Assembly: GCA_964016885.1 (NCBI GenBank)
Contig: OZ024747.1
Coordinates: 15,686,001 to 15,750,000 of the forward strand
DNA from: Eledone cirrhosa
Taxonomy: Eukaryota
Direction: 5' to 3'
Length of the DNA stretch: 64,000 nt
The notes beneath the pieces are model-generated. The model was not told the origin of the DNA. It worked only from the letters and a program-made list of their open reading frames with translations, and ran no database searches. Below are positions 56,162-64,000 of this stretch, piece after piece; the stretch's first letter is position 1; each line of letters starts with the position of its first letter. Made by a program: the position numbers and the translations under genes.

Positions 56162-59100
56162 CTGCAGAAATAAAGTTTTAAATAATGTTATTATTGAAGT
56201 AAAAATGTATATAGAAATGGCGTGCGTATGTTTCTAGTTAAGGAATTCTGGTTTCAGATTCAACCCAATTGTGTGAAACCAAGTGCAGGATTGACCAATG
56301 CCTTGTGAGTGAAAATTGGTCGACTGAGACACGACATTATATATATATTTATAGAAATATTATGTGTATGTGCCTGGTTATGTTGAAAGCGATAGACTCC
56401 CTCTTCTCTCCGAACGTCACATACCGGAATTCTAATTACACTAAGCAACTGCCTCTTACTCCATTATGGGTATTTTGATTTAGGAAATAGATGACGATTA
56501 TAAATAGAATTTATAAACCGTTAAACAAAATTATTTGTGGTAATTGTTTACGCCTCTACGTTCCAAGTTCAAATCCCGCAGCGATAAAGTTATCCAATTG
56601 TTTGTTTACTACAACTGTATTTTCTCTCTTCTGTTTGTCCTAACACATCCGAGAACAGCGGTTATGTTTATATTTAGAATTACAGTTAATGTAAATTTGA
56701 ATCGTTCTTTTGGAAATTTACTGTAACAAACAACTTCTTTTACCTCTTTTACATTTACCGTATATACTCATACGCAATGCACCCTATAATTGATTTGGTT
56801 GCATTAGTGGTGTATTAATAGGCCTCATGCATAATGTGACCCAGGTATATATTTAGAATATTGTTTTGCTTTTCATATAGAAAGAGTAAGGGTGAATAAA
56901 GTCAACAGTAGTAAATAAGCTTCAATTACTATAAATATTAGCCGATGACACCGTGCGATTATACTCCTACAAAGTAGATTATACTTATTAAAATACATAA
57001 ATGCCAACACCTCAATACAAATGCATGTATGTTGTTCAATTTATTTGTGCGTAATTTTTTTATCATAAAAACTAACACTATAGCCGAATAGATAGCATCA
57101 TTTGTACATGAGTCATCTTAGGCATTAGATGAATGTCTGTTACTTTTCCAAGTGAAAATTATTTTTATTAATTTAATACCTGATTGATGGGCGGAGAATT
57201 GGCAGAGTCATCAGAGCGTCGAACAAATTGTTATCACTATTTGCTTCGGTCTTTTACTTTCAGGGCTCAAATCTCGAAAAATCGACTTTGCTTCTCCTCA
57301 TTTCGGGTCGGGAATTTAAAAATATGTAGGTCAATATGATCGAATTTTCTTTCCCTCCAAAATTGGTGCTTCAATGCCAAAGTTAGAAACTATTATTTTA
57401 TATTTCATTTAATGACGGTGGATTGGCAGTATCGGTAGAGGGTCGGACGCCATGCTTTCCAGCATAGTTACGTCCCTTTATGATCTGAGTTCAAATCACG
57501 CTGACTTTGCCTTTCATCCTTACGGGGTCGATAAAATAAAGTACCAGTAATTGACTGGTAATTGCTGGCCCTGTTCCTAAAGTAGAAACAATTTATTTTA
57601 TATTTCATTTATGCTTTTGCTTTTACCTCATGATTCTAAGAATATCAACTTTCCTATCCTAAAGTTTAAAGAAAATAAAAATATATTATAGTTGAATAAA
57701 ATATTTGTACAAAATCAGCGATATTTTATACAATACTAATCTGCAAATACAAGTAAATATCATCTTACGTTACAAATATTTTCGCCATTTCGTTTGAGGT
57801 CACCAGCGCAAATGTGTTGTTTCACTGTAGCGCCGGGAGAATATGTCTGACACTTATCGTTCGGAATGATATCAATACCTGTTCGTTGCATTTGAGTTGG
57901 CATCATTTGATTCTCTAAATCAGAAAAAAAAAACATTATGAATGAGTAAAATTACAAATAATATTTTAAGCTAAAATTTCATTTAAAAAATAAGATATAC
58001 CTCCTATCTGGCCCCACCCTGCTGTAACACATCTCGGGTAATAAGTATCTCCTTTACGGGGCAAGTATATAGGCTGGACACATTTACTACGAACGACAGG
58101 TCTTTCAAGTTCTAGGACTGCTATGTCATTATCTGGAAAAAGCAATGAAATATAGTAGTGATTATTTATCTGTGCCATATAATATTATTTAAATTAAGAC
58201 TTTACTATTAATATTATTCGACGGAATATTGGAGTCAACCATTTAATATATAAATTTCAGGTAAAAGGTAACTTTTGCTGAGGGAATGTTGATGAAATTT
58301 AAAATTATGCTAATCGCTAAGAGTACCAGATGAATATGCCCTTCTTCACTCTAAACTCTCCATATTAAAAGCGAATGCTTAGAGTAGGCCCAATCACACA
58401 CCTTTTAAAAAATATTGGTAAGTTGTAGCACTTCATTCTCCAACCACACCTTTCTTCTCCGATGGACGTGTAAAGCCCGAAGAGAAATTTTGTGCTTTGA
58501 AAATGACGTACCTGTCCTCCAGTAACACGAAATGCGAGGCATTCCGAGAAAACCATCCACACGTCCAACGAAAGCTCGACGTCATCCCTAGATCGGAGCA
58601 TAAACAGCCACCAGTCTGAAAGCCTCAACATCGCTACCATACACGTTTGCTCGATATATAAAATTATAGTATTTCAAACACGAGTCTCCTGATTTTTAAA
58701 TGAATTTTCTTAGCAATATATATGAGATGGTAATTCAGTTTTGTTCGCTCAATATTTGAATCACAAGGTGGGTAAAATATCAGCTTCTCAATTTCGAGCG
58801 TGCACCTTATCATTGTTATTATAGCACTAGCAGAAAAACCACCCTTCGGCTGGTTTTCTGCTAGCATGTGTGGTGTGTATTATACGCAAGTATATATACA
58901 TGTAGATATGATCCATCAAATAAAATAGTAATTGCCAATATAAACAGAAATTGAACGAAGACGTTGTTACATTGTCTTATGTAATCAGTAACCTAATCCA
59001 TGATACATTAAAAAAAAAAGACGATATAATCTATAAACTGCATTAGGAGAAAATTAGTGACAGAAAATGAGTATGTTTATTTAAGTGATCGACACCGGAA

Positions 59101-62100
59101 GTGTTGACATCACACACTCTCTCTTTCTATATATATATGGTAGTTGATGTGGTCGTGGTGTTGGCAATGATATACCGGAAGTGCAACTTTGAAAAGAAGT
59201 CAATTTTAAATTATTTACTTTTACGAAAATAATTTTGGTTACGAAATTTAGTAGATAAATTATGTAATATTCATTCATTATTTATTCAAAGTAATCCAAC
59301 TTATTTTACTAACGGGATAAAAAAATAAACCGTACGCAGACCTTCCCTTATTATAGTTTAGATTTCCAGAAAAACGATTCGGCATCCTCGTTTTATTTAC
59401 CTTATTGAACAAAATAATTAATAATATCTTACTTGAGGATTAAATAAATGGCTGGCTTACACTATAGGAATTGTGAAATATGACCTGTATGTGTTGCAAT
59501 AGGCAGATGATATCAGCAATCGAAAGGCAAATGGAAATACACTTTTCTTTATTCGATTTGACGAACACCTGTTTTTCTTTTAATTGAATGTAAAAAACGG
59601 TAAATGTCAGACATATGAAATTTGTATCAGCATTTTCAGAATAAGTAATGTCTATATCTATAATTTGTAATGAAAATTCCTATTTGAGGACGGAAGAATT
59701 TAAGAAAATGAACATGACTTACCAATAGTATGTGATTCTTTATAGCCGCTATGTTTTACCCATTTCTTTACAGGGACAACATTTGTGGCGTTGTTCTTGT
59801 TTGTTGATCCAAAATGAGCACTAATAGATTTTACAATGCCTACACTGGATAGGAAAAAACATAGAAATAAGAACCATTATTAGCATTCGTCTCCTCATTT
59901 TCCTTCAACTCATCATCTACTTTGTCCATCTCTTTCACGTCACAAATACCATCACCAATCTCAGTGAGAGAGTAGAAGATGCCACATTAAACTAAGTTTA
60001 TAATGGAATCTATATTTGACACAAATATTAATTTGGGCTTTTAGATACTTGTGGGAAACAGGTGTTACGTTATTTCTCGGTGTCAGCAATATTTAAACAG
60101 TATTTTAAAGTAAAGATAATCTGAGTGAGACTTGGTAGAAAAATCTTGCAGGTCAGATATGAAGAAGTCTTCTACATTTTACAGGATAGAAATACCAAGC
60201 AAACATCCTTTATATCACACACTGCCGATTTGTATAAACAGATATATATATGGGAAATGAACTCTTTATGATACAGAAAAAGGGCTTGAAATTCAATGGA
60301 AAAACCCAAATTGGACATATTTTCCAATTTAAAAAAAATGAAGATACTTACATACAATGAGTTGCTGTCAAAAGATGTCTATCAGAAATCAAAGTTGCAC
60401 CACAGAATGAATCACCATCTGAGAAGGAAATACTAAGGTATGCCATATGTGGGAACTCACAGTAATTACTTTCAACTCCACCCACAATTTGCTCGTTTAC
60501 TTCTTTGTTAGCTGAAAATATGAGAAAACGTTGTTTTCTTTTCATATATTCGATAGTGTAACATAATTGTTTCTACTTTTGGCACAAGGCCAGCAATTAT
60601 ACCAGTGTATTACTGGTACTATTATCGACCCTGTAAGGATGAAAGGTAAAGTTGACCTCGGCGGGATTTGAACTCAGGCCATAAAGGGCCGTAACTCTAT
60701 GCTGCAAAGCATGGCGTCCGACCCTCTACCTATACTGCCAATCCACCGCCCTTGATAGTGCAATATAATGTTAAATATGTTATGGGAGAGCCGAACCAGA
60801 GGCAGATAGTGAGGAAAATGGTTGGATAACATCTATGAGCTCGGCTGTTTCACCTGTAGATCTAACTGGATCAATTGGAGACAGTTACTTCTGAAAGCAA
60901 CTGCTGGAATTTCCTAAACTTTACCCTGTTACATGATCACATAACTAATTTCAAAAAGATCCCAGTTGCCATAGAAACGTTAGGAGTTGAACAGGGGTTA
61001 TGAAATGATGATATTTCTTTATGTGAGCATTTAAGAGGGTAACATTTAGGAAAGTCTTGAAATTTCAATGTAAAATTTGCTTCCTTTTAAGCGCTATGCA
61101 TAACATCCCACACGTGGGTGCTCTGAGAGTCCTCCCATCCCCTAGGCATAATAAGGTTAAGCGCTGCTATTCTGTAGTAGAAACGATATTTTATTTTGCA
61201 TCATCTTTACTTGTGATATTAAATGTATATCTTTAAGAAAATATAAATGAACTCTGTAACGTTTATTAGCCGACGTGTCTCGAAAATACGTTGCAAATCA
61301 AGAGTATTTTATGCTTGTTTGCAACAATGCCATACGTGTGTTTAAAGGTAACCAATCTAATATACGAATTTGAACAATAAGACATTTGAAATACAATTAT
61401 AAATGAATGTATTTAAATGTGATTATATTATATTTTAATATAAATTGGGATTAACTATAGATAGTACGACATTATTCATTAGTCTGTTGATATTTCTGTT
61501 AGGATGTATGAGTATACAATAAATATGTATATTTAGGGTAAATATAAATTTAACTTCTTAATATGTGTCATATACATTCTAGTTTTGTAAACAATTACTC
61601 ATCTAGTTTTCTTCTTATTCTCTCTTTCGCTACATATCTCACCCGTGATCGTAAGTGCCCTTAGTGTAATTAAATCAACCTTTCGATCACTGAAACGTTC
61701 ATAACATTGCTTCACTTTAGAAGATAAACATTCTGGTATTCCAGTGAATTGGGTTTTGTGTGTCACAGCTGAAAATATTATGACAGAAATTAGTTTGGCT
61801 ACTAAGAGATACAATAGAAATTATAAAACATTGATGATGATTCGGTGTATTTTCTTGTAAAGTACAATGTTGTGACTGGTAAATATAATCCCTATCAGTA
61901 GGTTTCTAAGGTATAACATTTCACTTGTTTTAACAATTTCTAACATACAATGTAAGTTTAGAGGAATGGTAGCTAATTTACCAAAACGGAAAAGGTAACA
62001 ACAACTTTTTCCAAGGAAGGGATTGAAATAAAAAGGCAGAATTACGAAATAACTATCACAAATACATTACAGTCACTGCTGCAAAACAAAACATCAATAC

Positions 62101-62231
62101 AGGAAAATAGAAACGAAATATTTATCATAACGATAACAAAACTGAAAGCAAGTAGGGTTAGATAACTTACAGGGTGCTGCATGACAGCAGGCTACCACCG
62201 CTAGGAGAAGCAAACCAAGAGTTTTAGACAT
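56006..62231 (-). CDS. Secreted S1-family (chymotrypsin-fold) serine peptidase, 7 coding exons, ~300 aa
   Basis: Exons 62231-62171, 61768-61643, 60511-60352, 59844-59723, 58132-58001, 57914-57769 and 56161-56006 have GT-AG borders with consistent phases (1,1,2,1,1,0) and total 903 nt. The product has a signal peptide (MSKTLGLLLLAVVACCHA), an IVGG mature start and catalytic motifs LTATHC, DNDIAVL and GDSGG. Confidence 0.93.
56222..56330 (+). mobile_element. Decayed tRNA-derived SINE-like repeat
   Basis: Degenerate A/B-box-like stretch followed by GACCAATGCCTTGTGAGTGAAAATTGGT; weakly similar to 35750-35870. Confidence 0.3.
57188..57397 (+). mobile_element. Older, diverged S1-related SINE in peptidase intron 6
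   Basis: GGCGGAGAATTGGCAGAG head, degenerate B box and GCCAAAGTTAGAAACTATTATT tail. Confidence 0.65.
57412..57595 (+). mobile_element. SINE family S1 copy in peptidase intron 6
   Basis: Full S1 pattern immediately downstream of the older copy. Confidence 0.85.
57769..57914 (-). CDS. Peptidase exon 6
   Basis: ENQMMPTQMQRTGIDIIPNDKCQTYSPGATVKQHICAGDLKRNGENICN; ttag acceptor, gtaag donor. Confidence 0.92.
58001..58132 (-). CDS. Peptidase exon 5 (catalytic Asp)
   Basis: DNDIAVLELERPVVRSKCVQPIYLP...CVTAGWGQIG. Confidence 0.95.
59723..59844 (-). CDS. Peptidase exon 4
   Basis: VGIVKSISAHFGSTNKNNATNVVPVKKWVKHSGYKESHTI; ccag acceptor, gtaag donor, phase 2 to 1. Confidence 0.9.
60352..60511 (-). 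CDS. Peptidase exon 3 (IVGG to catalytic His)
   Basis: ANKEVNEQ-IVGGVESNYCEFPHMAYL...FCGATLISDRHLLTATHC; ttttcag acceptor, gtaag donor. Confidence 0.95.
60564..60753 (-). mobile_element. SINE family S1 copy in peptidase intron 2
   Basis: Full S1 pattern on the minus strand. Confidence 0.87.
61643..61768 (-). CDS. Peptidase exon 2 (pro-region)
   Basis: ttttcag acceptor and gtgag donor; 126 nt, which keeps phase 1; VTHKTQFTGIPECLSSKVKQCYERFSDRKVDLITLRALTIT. Confidence 0.75.
62171..62231 (-). CDS. Peptidase exon 1 (signal peptide)
   Basis: ATG start, MSKTLGLLLLAVVACCHAAP, then a gtaag donor in phase 1. Confidence 0.85.
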
Positions 62232-62267
62232 GATGATGAAATTCTTAGATGTGACACTTTACGTGTC

Positions 62268-62297
62268 ATATATATATATATATACATATATAAAATA
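62268..62297 (-). promoter_or_regulatory. Possible TATA-like element upstream of the peptidase ATG
   Basis: Short TA-rich tract 40-65 nt upstream of the ATG; it could equally be a short microsatellite. Confidence 0.3.
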
Positions 62298-63200
62298 TTT
62301 CTTCCTCACTTTTTTCCTCTCTGTATCTCTCCGTGACATAAAGCAAAAACATGCCTTTATTTCTTTTTCATATAAATAAATTGTTAAGTATAAAGAAGCA
62401 ATATTTCTTTAAATAAAATAGACATTACTATGCTCGTTGTTTTGAAATCAATATTTCTTATTATTTTCATTGGAACAATCAATACGGCCTTTCTTTTCTT
62501 ACTCTTTATTCCAAAAGAAATTTTCTTTTAAAAATGTAGCACTTTTCATACTAAAATGATTGCGTTAACTTTACGCGTTTCTCAGAATAAACTTTTTTTT
62601 ATTGAACAAAAGTGTTTGAATACAAGATGAAAACGTTATATAGTGGCATATTGATAGTGTTTTATTAAGATTATTGTCAATACGTTTTCCTATTGATATT
62701 AAGTAATAAACGTGTTTCAAAAGATATAACATTATTGGGTTAAAACGAAATATGAATAGAATAGAATTATATTTTCACTTATTTTTCTCTCCTTACCTGG
62801 CCAAATTCTAAAACTTGTTGGCTTCCAAACATATTATCATATCTATCGTAGTTGTTATATCACATGTATTCTAAGGTAGCATTGAAGAGGCAAAATCACA
62901 AGCTGAGTAATACTGAATGAATTTACAGAAAAGGAAGCGCTAGCACTTATTTTTTAAGTTTAGAATATATAACACAAGGTGGGGCATTTTGTTTTATTTA
63001 CCAACCTCAAACCCTTTGTATCTATGAGAGCAATGTCCATTTTGAACGAGATAAAACAGTGCTATAAAAATTGCATCATCAATCAGAATCATGTGATGAG
63101 TCTATAATTGATTTAGAGTATCGTTTATAATTTCAGGTAATATTTCATATATACGTTTTATACACAAAAATGTCAAATTTATATATTTATTACTGAAACC

Positions 63201-64000
63201 AGCTGAGAATAGACTTCGCTGATGACGAAAGGATTTCTCCATGCGTTCCTTCGGAAACCATGTTTATTCCCTTTCAGAAACTAATTAGCTGGAGTGAAAT
63301 TTTAGTAAGTAAGTTAATTTTTATAATTTTCTTATTTTACGTCTTTCATATTAATGTTCTGCATCCCCTTGCATTGAACCACAAAATTACTAAGACAAAA
63401 CCTATATATTTGCTAGCATAGGTATGCATCTGTAGATATATGTTGGTAGATATACTAATTCTTTATAATTACCTCCAAATTATTTTGTTGATCAAAAATT
63501 TGCCAAAACTGCTACTATAGTTCATAGTAAAGGTTCGGCTGCTGTCTTCTTAACACACCACTCCTCACTGATTAACCTCGATGTCACGTGATTGATTCTT
63601 TTGAATTTGTCACCGATCAAGTAAGCAGGGATTTTTTCTATGTCTTGGAACTTAGTCCACGCTTTGCTTTTTTCCATCCACTGAATTATTTTTGTATAAG
63701 TTCCCTGTGTCCACGTATTGCCTGGGAACTTAGCTGAGAATAGACGTCCCTGGTGACGAAAGGATTTCTCTATGCGTTCCTTCGGAAACCCTGTTTATTC
63801 CCTTTCAGAAACTAATTAGTTGGAGTGAAATTTTAGTAAGTTAATTTTTATAATTTTCTTATTTTACGTCTTTCATATTAATGTTCTGCATCCCCTTGCA
63901 TTGAACCACAACGTTACTAAGACAAAACCTATATATTTGCTAGCATAGGTATGCATCTGTAGATATATGTTGGTATATATATTAATTCTTTATAATTACC
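63201..64000 (+). repeat. Direct repeat with a period of about 531 bp, running off the window end
   Basis: 63201-63475 is repeated from 63732 to 64000 with few differences. Confidence 0.9.

Overview
AT-rich, microsatellite-dense eukaryotic DNA. The repeat repertoire and the protease type suggest an octopus-like cephalopod (inference). Nearly all ORFs in the supplied track are microsatellite artefacts. Supported content: (1) a complete 7-exon, ~300-aa secreted S1 serine peptidase gene on the minus strand (62231 to 56006); (2) an apparently intact L1/Tx1-clade LINE (ORF1+ORF2) in an (AAT)n array, stacked with two short 3' stubs of related LINEs and a SINE whose 3' end resembles the LINE's; (3) two Penelope-like elements (PLEs), several RTE fragments, tRNA-derived SINEs and DNA-transposon fossils. 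The most striking signal is a window-wide population of short non-coding inserts in (TA)n tracts. Several form near-perfect fold-back palindromes with a short unpaired 3' tail, and many carry minimal type I hammerhead ribozyme motifs with covarying stems. In one family the fold-back axis lies in hammerhead stem II. A GIY-YIG-encoding PLE in the window has the same palindrome+tail layout at 2.4 kb scale. All calls were made by eye, and coordinates of decayed repeats are approximate.
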